Assembly: GCF_004010195.1 (NCBI RefSeq) | Contig: NC_057750.1 | Location: 375,353 to 425,553 of the forward strand | Direction: 5' to 3' | DNA: 50,201 nt | From: Chiloscyllium plagiosum | Lineage: Eukaryota | Shown: piece after piece, positions 36,245 to 48,050 of the stretch | How the letters are laid out: the number at the start of each line of letters is the position of its first letter | Numbering within the stretch: position 1 is the first letter of the stretch | Position numbers and translations under genes: made by a program | Notes under the pieces: generated by a model | The model's input: only the letters and a program-made list of their open reading frames with translations | Databases searched by the model: none | Told to the model about the DNA's origin: nothing

Positions 36245-36694
36245 CATTTCAAGTTAGTGCTAATCTCCTGTCTTTACCCTGTAATTCTACACATTGTCCC
36301 CATTTGAAGAACCATCTAATGTTCTCTTGAATGCCTCAATTGAACCTGCCTCCCGAGCTCTGAATCCAATACTAACTGTCCTCAAGTCTTTCTCTGGCCT
36401 TTCTTGTTTTTTTTGACATATATCTGATCTGTTCTCAATCACTTTGCAATTGGAAGCAGTGGATCCAGAGGCCTCAAAATTTCAAATATTTTTCAAATCT
36501 CTTCCCAACCTTCTCCCCTCTAAGTAAAACAGTCCCAAACTCTCCAAACTCGCCTCAGAACTGAAGTGTCTCATCTGTGACTATTCTTATAGACCTCTTG
36601 CTGCACTCTCTCCAATACATTCACATTCTTCCTAAAGTGTGGCTCCCAGAACTAACACAACACTCCAGTTGGGGTATAACTAGTGCCGGAGAAA

Positions 36695-37340
36695 ATTCAT
36701 CATCATCTTTGGCATTCATCAACATGGCGATAGAGTTTAAAAGCCATGAGGTTTTGCTGCAACTCTACAAATCTTTGGTGAGGTCACACTTGGAATATTG
36801 TGTCCAATTCTGGTCGCCCTACTATAGGAAAGATACAGAGGCGTTGGAGAGGTTGCAAAGAAGGTTTACCAGGATGCTGCCTGGACTGGAGGACTTGCCT
36901 TATGAAGAAAGGTTGAATAGGCTCTGAGTTTTCTCTCTGGAGAGAAGGAGGAAGAGAGGAGACCTGATAGAGGTATACAAAATAATGAGAGGAATAAATA
37001 GAGTCAATAGCCAGAGACTTTTCCCCAGGGCAGGATTGACTGGTACGAGAAGTCATAGTTTGAAGATATTAGGAGGAAGGTATAAAGGAGACGTCAGAGG
37101 TAGGTTTTTTTACACAGAGAGTTGTGAATGTATGGAATGCATTGCCAGCGGTGGTGGTGGAAGCAGAGTCATTGGGGACATTTAAGCGAGTGCTGAACAT
37201 GCACTTGGAGAGCAGTGAGTTGAGGGGTGGGTAGGTTAAGTTACTATATTTCTCATTAGGATTAAATCCTGGCACAATATTGTGGGCCAAAGGGCCTGTT
37301 CTGTGCTGTACTTTTCTATGTTCTATGCTCTATGTTCTAT
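36695..37340 (+). mobile_element. 5'-truncated CR1
   Basis: LYKSLVRSHLEYCVQFWSPYYRKDTEALERLQRRFTRMLPGLE; (TTCTATG)n tail. Confidence 0.92.
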
Positions 37341-38145
37341 CTCCCTAGTTCTGTACTCTATGCCCCAATTAATGAAGCCTACAATACTGTTTGCTTTATT
37401 AACAACTCTCTCCACTTGTCTGCCACCAGGCTCTCTGCTTCTCCACCCCCTTGAGAATAGTATATTTTACTTTATACTGTATCTACATGCTCTTTGTACC
37501 AAAGTACATCACCTCACACCTGGCTGCATTAAGCTATATTTGCCATGTATCCACCAACTTGTCAATATTCTTTTGAAGTTGTATACCACCCTCTTGACAG
37601 TCTATGAATGTCCCACATTTTGTATGTTCTACAAACTTCCCTTGCACAGCAAGATGGAGATCATTAACATCTTTCAGGAGCAGCAAGGATCTCAATGCCA
37701 ACCCCTGGGATCTTCACTACAAACCTTCATCCATTCTGGACAAATATCCATTAATGTTTACACTGTCTCACAGCTAATTTTGTAATCTTGTTGCTAGGGT
37801 CCTTTTTATTCTGAAATCTTCACTTTCTGTTGTGCAATAGTGCATTGACCATCTTCTAGAAGTAAATGTACACTACATCAACAGCATTACCCTCATCAAC
37901 ACTCTTCCATTATTCACTCGTACATGGACATCGCTGCTGGCCAGGTTTTATTGCCCGTCCCGTTTTGCCCTTGAGAAGATGATGCCTTTTTGAACTGTTA
38001 CAGTCCACCTGCTGCAGGTTGACCCACAATGCTCTTACAGGAAGAAATTCCAGAATTTTGACCCAGTAACACTCAGGGATTTACAATACATTTCCAAGTC
38101 AGGATGGTGAGTAGCTTGGAGGGGAACTTGCAGACAGTGTATGTA

Positions 38146-38365
38146 GAGATGGAAATGTGTTGCTGGAAAAGCGCAGCAGGTCAGGCAGCATCTAGGGAAC
38201 AGGAGAATTGACGTTTCGGGCATTAGCCCTTCTTCAGGAATGAAGAAGGGCTAATGCCCGAAACGCCGATTCTCCTGTTCCCTAGATGCTGCCTGACCTG
38301 CTGCGCTTTTCCAGCAACACATTTCCATCTCTGATCTCCAGCATCTGCAGACCTCATTTTCTCTT
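38146..38365. mobile_element. Short PLE (family A) fold-back centred on the hammerhead
   Basis: Near-perfect arms ~38145-38236 and ~38241-38330; 15-bp TSD cagaSagtgtatgta at 38131-38145 and 38366-38380. Confidence 0.92.
38210..38237 (-). ncRNA. Minimal hammerhead motif with intact core (family A)
   Basis: Reverse complement CTGAAGA-A-GGGC-TAAT-GCCC-GAAACGTC. Confidence 0.78.
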
Positions 38366-38447
38366 CAGAGAGTGTATGTACCCAAGTGTCTGCTGCTTTT
38401 GTCCTTCTAGAAGGAAGTGATCGTGGGTTTGGAAGGATAAGGGTTAG

Positions 38448-38548
38448 TGTTCTGAAGGGGGGCCACTGGACCTGAAATGTTAACTCTGATTTCTCTCCAC
38501 AGATGCTGCCTGACCTGCTGAGCTTTTCCAGCAATTTCTGTTTTTGGT
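38448..38548 (+). mobile_element. Short PLE terminus (family C), decayed hammerhead
   Basis: gtt-ctgaaggggggccactggacctgaaatgtt-aac...cagatgctgcctgacctgctgagcttttccagc. Confidence 0.8.
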
Positions 38549-39621
38549 TGTGGGTTTGTAAGGTACTATTTGAGCATATTTAGTGAACTTCTGCAGTCCA
38601 TCTTGTAGATGGTACACGCTGCTTCTACTGAGCATCGGGGGTGGAGGGAGTGGATGCTTGTGGATTTGGTGCCAGTTGAACGGGGGCTGTTGTTTGGGCT
38701 GCACCCATCCAGGCCAAGTGGGGAGCATTCAACCACACGCCTGATAGATGTGGACAAGCTTTGGGGAATCAGGAGGTGAATCACTCACTGCAGGATTCCC
38801 AGCTACTGACCTGGTTTTGTGGATCACTGTGTTTGTGTGGTGAGTCCAGTTGAGTTTCTCATTAATAGTAACCCTGATGATGTTGATAATGGGGGATTCA
38901 GTGTTGGTAACACTACTGAATGTCAAAAGGCAATGGTTAGATTGTTTTTTATTGCAAATGCTACTTACCACTTATTAGCTAAGCCTAGATATTATCCAGA
39001 TCTTGCCACATTTGAACATGGACTGCTTCAGTTGCAAATGGTGCTGAACATTGTTCAATTATCAATAAATATTCCCACTTTTGACCTTATGATGAGGCGC
39101 ATCAGTGTGGTTGGGCCTCGGAAACTACCCTGAGGAACTCCTGCAGAAATGTCCTGGAGGCTGAGATGACCGACCTCCAACCATCTTCCTATGTGCCAGT
39201 TACCACACTGAACAACAGAGAGTTTGCACCTGATACCCAATTATTCCAGTTTTGCCAGCGCTCATTGATGTCAAGGACTGTCACTTTCCCCTCACCTTTA
39301 GAATTTGGCTTTTGTCCATGTTTGAACCAAGGTTGTAATGAGATCAAGAGCTGAGTGGCCCTGGTAGAACCCAAACTGGGTGTCACTCAGCAGGTTGTTG
39401 CTGAGCAGGTGCTGCTTGATAGCCCTGTTACTGACCCCTGCCATCACTTTACTGATGGTTGAAAGTAGACTGATAGGGTGGTAAATTGGTCAGATTGGAT
39501 TTGTCTTGCTTTTGTGTTCAGGACATACTTGGGCAAACTTCCACATTGTCACAGTGTTGTATTGGAAGAGCTTAGCTAGGGGAATAGCAAATTCTGGAGC
39601 ATAAGCCTTCAGTGATGTTTT

Positions 39622-39820
39622 GGAGTAAATTACTGCAGATGCTTGAATCTGTACCAAAAGCAAAAAAATTGCTGGAGATCACAGCGGGTCAGGCAGCATC
39701 CATAGAGAGGGAGCAAGCTAACGTTTTGAGTCATGTTTCGAGTCAACTCGAAATGTTAGCTTGCTTTCTCTCCATGGATACTGCCTGATCCACTGTGATC
39801 TCCAGCATTTTTTATTTTCT
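39622..39820. mobile_element. Short PLE-terminus fold-back (fourth family), inverted within hammerhead stem II
   Basis: gctggagatcacagcgggtcaggcagcatccatagagagggagcaagctaacgttttgagt pairs with actcgaaatgttagcttgctttctctccatggatactgcctgatccactgtgatctccagc. Confidence 0.8.
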
Positions 39821-40379
39821 GCAGTACCATTACTGGAATGCTGTCAGGGCCTATAGCCTTTGTAATATCCAGTGCCTACCAACTGTTTCATGATACCATG
39901 TGGTGTGAATTGAATTGGCTGAGGACTGGTATCTGTGATGCTGGGGACCACTGTAAGAGGCCAAGATGGATCATCCACTTGGCATTTTTGGTTGAAGACT
40001 GTTGCAAAAGCTTCATGCGTATCTTTGCTAGGTTCCCCTACCATTGAGGATGGGGACATTTGTGGAGACTCCACTATTCCAGTGAGTTGTTCAATTGTCA
40101 CCACACCAATGTTTCAGTTAGACATGATTTCCCTAATACATACATGCTGATCTTCCAAACCAGTTCACATTTTTCCACGTGACTTTTAATTCTATCCTGA
40201 ATAATTGTTTCAGGAAGTTTTCCCACCTAAGAGTTAAAACAATTGCTCTGTAATGACTGAGCCAAACTTCTCAAGTTTTTGAATAGTATAATATTCCCAA
40301 TTCTCCAAACCTCTGGCACTACCTTTGAATCCAGGAGAGATTGAAATCCCATTTTCTATCACCATCATCCTACATCTTT

Positions 40380-41300
40380 GAGTCTATAGAGTCATAGAGT
40401 CAAATAAGTCTACAGCACAGAGAAAAGGCCCTCTGCCTCTTTGAGCCTGTGCTAGTCAAGAATAGCTTCCCAACAATTCTAATTCCATTTAGTAGAACTT
40501 GGCCCAGAGCCTTGTATGCCTGGCATCACAAGTTCACATTGAAATACTCCATCAAAGTTACAAGACTTTCTGCCTCTCCCACCCTTGTCACAGTGAGTTC
40601 CAGATTCCTATCAGCCTCCAGGTGAAAACATTTTCTTCATATCCCCTCTAACCCTCCTGATGCAATGATTACTATTCCCAAAATGTTGTCCCATTATCTA
40701 CCTGGTCCACTACCTTCCCAAGAACCATGTTTGCTGGTGTCTCCTTTCCTGCTGGACTGGACACTGTGCTGCTGAAAATTCTCCCAAACACAATCCTGAA
40801 CACTTGTCCCTTGCTGCACCTACACCTGTATATTGACTGGAATGGTGGTAGTGTGTTTAAAGCTCCCCCATTATAGCTACTTGAATGATGGTTACCTCTC
40901 CTTGTAATTTCCCTGTAGATTTGCTCCTCAACATCCTCCCCCAGCCCTGTGCCAGTAATCTATCTGTTATACTGAACAATGTAGATACAGCTTTCTTATT
41001 GCTCAGCTCTGGCCAAACTGATTATGTGTCAGAACTCTCCAACGTTCTCTTTCTCCAGTGCAACAATTCTTCTCTTCCTCAGAGAAGCCACCACTCCTAA
41101 TCTTATTCTTTCCTTTCCTGAAGGCCTTGTATCCAGGAATATTTAACACCCTGTCCTGCCCTTCCTTTAGTCAGGGCTCCATTATTGCCCCAACATCATG
41201 ATCCTACAAGACAGTCTGGTGTCGGTAGCCCCCAATCTTATTAACTGTACTCCATTTACATACATGCAGTCTAACCCTGATTTCATCTTCATTGCTGTGT
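40380..41300 (-). mobile_element. CR1 remnants: a 3' tail (40380-40660) and an older endonuclease-region fragment
   Basis: agtcatagagtc...ctacagcacagagaaaaggcc tail; reverse VAIMGEL near 40862-40882 resembles the APE GDFN motif. Confidence 0.55.
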
Positions 41301-41699
41301 CCGTATCCGACTCCACCTATTCATTTACTATCCTCTATGTTAGTCTTATCCTGGCATTTTCTAAGCCCTGGTATAACTGTCTAATGTTCTCTCCTGGTTT
41401 TCATGTCCTAGTGAGTGAGGTAGATCAGGTAAAGATGGCAGATTTCTTTCTCCAAAAGGAACCCCATAGGTCTCAATTGACCAAGTGGGACTCTGCAGCA
41501 TTTGATGATAGCTTTGTGGCCACTGTCACTGGGGACTAGATTTATATTCCAGCTTTATTCATTGCACTGAAATTCCACAGCTTACCTGGTGAGATTTGAA
41601 CTTGTCTTGGGCATCAGCTTTGAGGGGAGCGGAGATATCAAACACTGGAAATTCTCTTAATTTGTCTAACTCAAGGCCCTACTGAGGGCCACTTGATTT

Positions 41700-42850
41700 G
41701 ATTTGAGTTTGGGTTTGGTTTATTGTTGTCACATGTAAAAGGTGCTGTTTTGCGTTCTCTATAGGCAAATCATACCACACAAAGTGCAGCAGGGTAGCAG
41801 AACAGAGTGTAGAATACAGAGAAGATGCAGAGAGAGGGATCAACATTACCATTTGAGAGGTCCATTCACAAGTCTGATAATAATATGGACGAAACTGTTC
41901 TTGAATCTGTTTGTGTGTGTATTCAAACTGTTATATCTCCTACCTGATGGAAGAGGATGAAGGAGCATATAACCAGGATGGGAGGGGTCTTTGATGATGC
42001 TGGATGCTTTCCTGAGGCAGTAGGAAGTGTAGGTGGAGTCAATGGAAGGAAGGCTGGTTTGTGTGATGGACTGGGCTGTGTTCACAACTCTCTGCAGTTT
42101 CTTACGGTCCTGGGCAGAGCAGTTGTCATACCAAGCTGTGATCCATCAACATAGGATGCTTTCAATGGTGCATTTGTAAAAATTGGTGCCGGTCATTGTG
42201 GACATGCCAAATTTCCTTAGCCTCCTGGGGAATTAAAGGTGCTGGTGTGCTTCTTAAGCATAGTGTGGACGTGGATTGACTGGGACAGTTTGTTGGTGAT
42301 ATTACTCCAGGGAGCTTGAAGCTCTCGACCATCTCCACCTAATCATTGATATAGACAAGGGTGTGTCCTTCACACTTCTTCCTGAAGTCAATGATCAGCT
42401 CCTTTGTTATGCTGACTTTGATGGAGAGATTATTGTCTTTATTCCATGCTGATAAACACTCAATCTCTTTTCCTGTATTCTGTCTCATCATTGTTTGAGA
42501 TCTGACCTACAATGGTGTGTCATCAGCAAACTTGTGAATGAATTTGAGATAGAATTTGGCCACATGGTCATGAGTGTATAAGGAGTACAGTAGGGGCTTT
42601 GCGGGGCACCAGTGTTGTGGATTATCATGGAGGAGGTGTCGCCTATCCTTACCCATTATAATCTGTGGGTCAGGAAGTCAAGGATCCAGTGACAGAGGAG
42701 GAAGCAGAGTCCTAGGTCTCGGAGTTTGGAGATGAGTTTGGTTGGAATGATGGTGTTGATGGTGGAGCTAAAGTCAATAAAATAGGTATTGTTGTTATCC
42801 AGATGTTCCAGGGATGAGGGTAGGAAGCGGGAGACGGCATCTGTTTTGGG
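41700..42850 (-). mobile_element. Rex1/Babar-like LINE, 5'-truncated
   Basis: [45 protein letters not shown] and HPLPSGRRYNSLNTHTNRFKNSF. Confidence 0.85.
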
Positions 42851-44517
42851 CATATGGGCATGAGTGATTGGTCAACAGCAGGACAGCACAACCCTTCCCT
42901 GCTTTCCTCCCAACCTCCCCACCCACAACACATTTGGGATGGAGGGTGTGGGGTGGGATGGAAACAGCAGCTTTAGAGAAGAGAGGGCTATTAGACAAGG
43001 GAAGGGAGACTTCATCACAAGGGTCTCCCCTCCCATCTCACAGAATCTCTGACCTTCAGTTCCCAAAACTTTAATCTTCTCTTCCCCATAGGTATCCCAA
43101 GGCAAAGTGCCCCTGTGGTCTCTGTCTTGCCCCATCCTCTCCCTGTGGGACTTCAGCTTTTCTGCTTTCCCCTTGGACCAGCAGCAGGTGGTCCAGTGGC
43201 AACCTATCAGGAGGCCACCCCCATTACATTTACCAGTGAGGATGGCTTCTGATCTTGTCAGATAGCATGGAAGGTTCAAGCGGCTGAATGGCCAGTTCCT
43301 TCTCAAAGGTCTTGTCTAATGGGATCCCCTCACTTTGATTCCAACATGGGGGTCCCATAACTTTGTTTAAATTGAGTTCAAATTCTCAGTGAAAACTCAG
43401 TGGGTTCAATAGGCCCACTTCAATCTTGAGGAACTGGATTGAGTGTGGCCAGAGTTGGGAGTTGAGATCAGATGCTTTTCCTGTGTTGGACCAGACTGAA
43501 CTGGATCACAGCTGTAAATTCAAAGGCAAGTTTCATTTGATCGAGTGTTCTGGCTCCAGAACATTCTGACAGTGTTTCTGTTTCACCTTGAACACCAGTA
43601 ATAGGGCGACCATGTAAATATTTACAACAATTGATATTGTCTGATCTTGCCTTTGGAAATATTCTGCTCAACTGCATCACCATAAAATGGGATTAATTCT
43701 TCTAAAAATAAGAATCAACACGCAGTCAGTGATTTCTACATTTAATATCCTTTATTCCTGTCTATCCCCACTGTATAAGATTGAGGGCAGAAGAGGTAGG
43801 GTGATGTAGGGGTCAAGGGGGGAGTGGATTGAAGTTGTAGCTGTTAGCCAGTGATCAATCACCTCTTAACATTAGATAGAGAGTCTGCTTCAAACTGTTT
43901 TGGGAAGTAACAGTTAGGAACATCATGACAGAAGGAGGCCATTCAGCCACCCATTTCTAGCTCACTGTGAAATTAGACCATCCATTGCTGATCTGTTTCT
44001 TAACTGTTCACCCAGCCAATGAGATCTGAAGTTCCCCATTGTGCAATCCCATTTTGATGTAAATCCTTCCAGGATTGAGTTTTGTGACTGTACTTGGAGC
44101 CCATTTGAATCTTGGAATGGAGAACTTCTTGAGACCAGTTCAAAATTGGCATTTGTTTGTTGACCTATTGTTCAAAGAACTTCACTTTGATCATTTCTTG
44201 CACACACCCTTTTAAATCCAACGTCTCACCCATTGTGCCGTAATCTCAGATTTCTGATACAGTTAGCATTTATGCAATTTTCTGTTGCAAAACTCAGCAA
44301 TTTGGAAACTATTGCCCCATTGGCTTTTTAACAGCCACCTCCGCAGCAAATATGGGAAGGTGTGTGCTCACATTATGTTCTGCAGTCATAGTGTACTGTC
44401 CACCATGTTGGTTCTGGTTACTGTATAAATGTCCACGGTTCACGGCTAAAATAGAGTTTTAAGTCCAACAACAGATTGAAACATATTATCCTCAATGACA
44501 GACATGGCAATAAAACC

Positions 44518-44651
44518 TAATTCCTGATGAAGGGCTTATGCCTGAAATGTCGATTCTCCTGCTCCTTGGATGCTGCCTGATCTGCTGAGCTTTTCCAGCA
44601 CCATACTCTCGACTTTGATCTCCAGCATCTTTCTTTATCCCACTTTCTCCT
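44518..44651 (+). mobile_element. Short PLE terminus (family A) starting at a CpG-decayed hammerhead
   Basis: CTGATGA-A-GGGC-TTAT-GCCT-GAAATGTC at 44524-44551; 14-bp TSD atggcRataaaacc at 44504-44517 and 44652-44665. Confidence 0.88.
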
Positions 44652-44912
44652 ATGGCGATAAAACCAGACAACTTTGAGGAAACAGCTGTTGTTTCCCCGA
44701 AGGTAGGTCCAAGTATCTTTGCACTGCTTTACGGCCTGCTCCTTGGATGCTGCCTGATCTGCTGTGCTTTTCCAGCACCATACTCTCGACTTTGATCTCC
44801 AGCATCTTTCTTTATCCCACTTTCTCCTCTGGCGATAAAACCAGACAACTTTGAGGAAACAGCTGTTGTTTCCCCGAAGGTAGGTCCAAGTATCTTTGCA
44901 CTTGCTTTACGG
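44558..44912. repeat. 177/178-bp tandem duplication
   Basis: Units 44558-44734 and 44735-44912; I see three differences. Confidence 0.95.
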
Positions 44913-45867
44913 TGAAGCTGGGAGGTGTAGCCGTGCTCTCCCTGTCTCCAAATTGAACCTGTGGGGCCACTGACCGCCCCCACTCACCCTCACAAGCACC
45001 GGCCACACAATTGATTCCTCCTGAGAAGCTCGTCCCCATAAGAGCTGGAACCTTTGAAGGAATGTGAAGGTCTCAGTGTAAACCTGAATGGCTTTGTCTC
45101 AAATGTTTTTTCAAGGTTTTCAAACTATCAGCGAGTAGAACAGATTCATTGAATAATGCAAACTCTTGCATGTGCCCATTCACAAATAGCTATGCTTTTG
45201 TCTCTCATAGACAAGTGCACAGTTTATCCAATTTGTTGGGAATGTAAAGTAGTTTAGATTGAAATGCGATTCCCTCTTGCGAGGCTATTTACTTTATTTG
45301 AAGTTAGAATGAAATACCTTTTGTTCCATAAGAATTCCCAGACTGAGATTGTGACAATATTTGATGAGACAGTTATTGTCTGATTTCTTCACATAACCCT
45401 TCCTTTGTTATAGATCAATTGCCTCTTGGAGGTTAAGCAGGAACTTATCAACTTGCCAAGATATAGATTCCCTTCTGTAACAGGCAAGATTCTTTTGTTT
45501 TTATTCAGATACAATTTGCTTCCTTCTGAGTAAAGGCAGCATCATTGATTAGGCCAGGGAAGCATGTACAAATAGCCTCCAAGATCCAATGGCTTAGGCA
45601 GGAAATTTAGAAAGAATAGGATGTTGACCAGGATCAGTCAACCTGTTTCCTTGGGAGTTCACACAATGGTAGAAAGAGTCTTTAACTCCATTTCTGGTGA
45701 ACTTTCCTGATACAATGCCAATAATCAGTGAGTGTTGCTAACTCTCAATTATTTAGATGTTGTAACATCAGATCCAGTGATTTGTGAGGAAGTTAGTCAC
45801 CAACCATCCATCCGCCTATTTGCCCTTCCACCCCTCCTCCCATCTGCCTGTTTACACCAATAAACAA

Positions 45868-47100
45868 TTAGGAGTAGAAATCCATCATTCAGCCTCTCAG
45901 GTCTGTTCTGCCATTCGCTGGGACCATAGCTGACCTATTTGTGTTTCCATATTCCTATTTACCCCCAACAGCCTTTAACACCCTCTGGCTAACAACAATC
46001 TAACTCCATCTTAAACATATTTAACGACTTCACCCCTCGCAACCTTCTGAGGTAAAGAATTTCCAGATTGCTCAACCCTCAGAGAAAAAAACTCAGGTCT
46101 GTTCTGCCATTCGCTGGGACCATAGCTGACCTATTTGTGTTTCCATATTCCTATTTACCCCCAACAGCCTTTAACACCCTCTGCCTAACAACAATCTAAC
46201 TCCATCTTAAACATATTTAATGACTTCATCCCCCGCAACCTTCTGAGGTAAAGAATTTCCAGATTGCTCAACCCTCAGAGAAAAAAAAAAATCCCCTCCT
46301 CCCTGTCTTGAAAGGGTGACCCCTAATTTTAAACAGTTCCTCCTATTTCTGGACTGACCCACAAGAAGAAACAATCTTGCCCCGTCCACCATGTCCAGAC
46401 CATTCAGGAGCTGACACAATTCAGTCATATCACCCTCACACTTTCTAAACTCCACTGACAACAAGCCCAGTCTGTCCAACCTTTCCTCATCAAACAAATA
46501 ACACACTCCTGCCAGGGATTAATCTAATAAACCACCTGTGTACTGCCTCTATTGTGTTTATACGGTTCCTTAAAGGAGACCAAACTGCACACAGTATATT
46601 TGATGTGGTCTGAGCAATGCTGTGTATAACTGAAGCACAAGATTTTTACTTTTCTGTCCAATTCTTTCACAATGAAGCATAGCATCCCTTTTGCCTTCTT
46701 GACTACGTGCTGTACCTGCATCATAGCATTTTGTAACTCATGAAGTGAAATGCCTAACTCATTCTACACCTCGAAATTCTGCAGTCCTACGCCATTTAAA
46801 TAATAATCCTTTTTTTAAAATCTTGCTGCCAAAGTGAACAACTCCCATTTTTCCACATGATATTCTGTCTGCCAGATTTCTCCCCAGTCATTCAATCTAT
46901 CAATACACTTCCTGCATCCTTGTTTGTCACCGTCACATCATCCCTTCCAACCTATTTTCCTATCAGGTGCAAATTTAGCCACTTCCCCCTCACCTTTGTC
47001 ATTGATTTAAATTATAAAAAGTTGAGGCTCTTGCACAGATCCCTACAGGAACTTGCTCATTACATGTTGTCAATCAAACAAAGACCCATTTATGCCTCCT
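45868..47100 (-). mobile_element. Old CR1 3' portion
   Basis: EERLDRLGLLSVEFRK.EGDMTE and QVQHVVKKAKGMLCFI. Confidence 0.85.
45896..46287. repeat. 196-bp tandem duplication inside the CR1 tail
   Basis: Units start at 45896 and 46092 (ctcaggtctgttctgcc...) and are nearly identical. Confidence 0.95.
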
Positions 47101-48050
47101 GCCTGTTTTCTATGAACTAATTAATCTTCATCCAACAACCAACCCATCTAACCACCCACAACATCTATTTAGACCTTGCCCGGCCTGAAGATTGACTTGG
47201 GTTCACAGCTCTTTAATATTTGGTAATTTGTAATTCTTCATCCCTAAAACAAACTGCTAAGTTTCATAAAGGATTTGCAACAGAAGTTCATCAAGACATT
47301 ATCTAATGTTCATAAACACAGTTGAGCTCCATTACTCACTCAATCACAGTGATTTCATGGAAGGTGAGGCTTAATCGTCCAAGTAGTCTTTTCACAGGCC
47401 ACAATATTCAAAGCCAAAGGAAATAGTTTCTATAGAGGATGAATCAAACTATCAATCCCGGACAGTGTTAAACTGTGATTGAATTCTGAAGCACAACAGG
47501 GACTGAATATACACAGGACTCTCATGCAGAAGCTCCAAGACTGAGGAAACTATTCCCTTTGGCTTTGAGATGTTGCAGCATATGAAAATACTATTTGGAC
47601 AATTAAGCCTCACCTTCCAATGAAATCACTGTGATTGAGTGAGTAATGGAACTCAACTGTGTTTATGGACATTAGATAATTTCTTGATGAACTTTTGTTG
47701 CAAATCCTTTATGAAACTTATTAGTTGGATTTGGGGACGAAGAATTGCTAAATATGCTGAGGTAACAGAGAGCTGTGATCCCAAGTAAATCTTCAGGCCA
47801 GGGAAGGTCTAACTCGAGGCTGTGGATGATTGGGTGGTTAGATGGTCAGATGAATATTAACTAGCTAATGAAAACGGAGTGTATGCATCAGTGGAAACTG
47901 AAAGAACTGCAGATGCTGTAAATCAGAAACAAAGACAGAAGTTGCTGGAAATGCTCAGCAGGTCTGGCATCATTCGTAAAGAGAAATCAGAGTTAATGTT
48001 TCGGTTCTGGTGACCCCACCTCAGAGCATGCATAAATAGGCCTTTGTTTG
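47075..48050. repeat. Long inverted repeat: ~355-bp arms, 115-bp spacer, right arm interrupted by a PLE
   Basis: 47075-47430 pairs with 47546-~47885 plus 48030-48050, e.g. ccattactcactcaatcacagtgatttcat with atgaaatcactgtgattgagtgagtaatgg. Confidence 0.92.
47890..48026 (-). mobile_element. Short PLE terminus (family C) ending at a decayed hammerhead
   Basis: aaaactgaaagaactgcagatgctgtaaatcag-type end...gagttaatgtttcggttctggtgaccccacctcag; atgcat on both flanks. Confidence 0.82.

Larger units (their letters stand above)
35590..37900 (-). mobile_element. Old CR1 hosting a solo LTR and an inverted CR1
   Basis: Tail gaggccattcagcctatc at 35614; reverse ORF2 remnants at 36560-36690 and 37345-37900. 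Confidence 0.6.
37912..40100 (-). mobile_element. Degenerate L2/CR1-group LINE (RT and 3' tail) carrying three PLE insertions
   Basis: QDISAGVPQGSF, KVTVLDI and VTINEKLNWTHH fragments; tail shared with the SINE at 3003. Confidence 0.75.

Noticed and set aside
42934..42957. G-quadruplex motif GGG-ATGGA-GGG-TGT-GGGG-T-GGG
   Set aside because: Common motif in unidentified GC-rich, probably repeat-derived sequence; no evidence of function.
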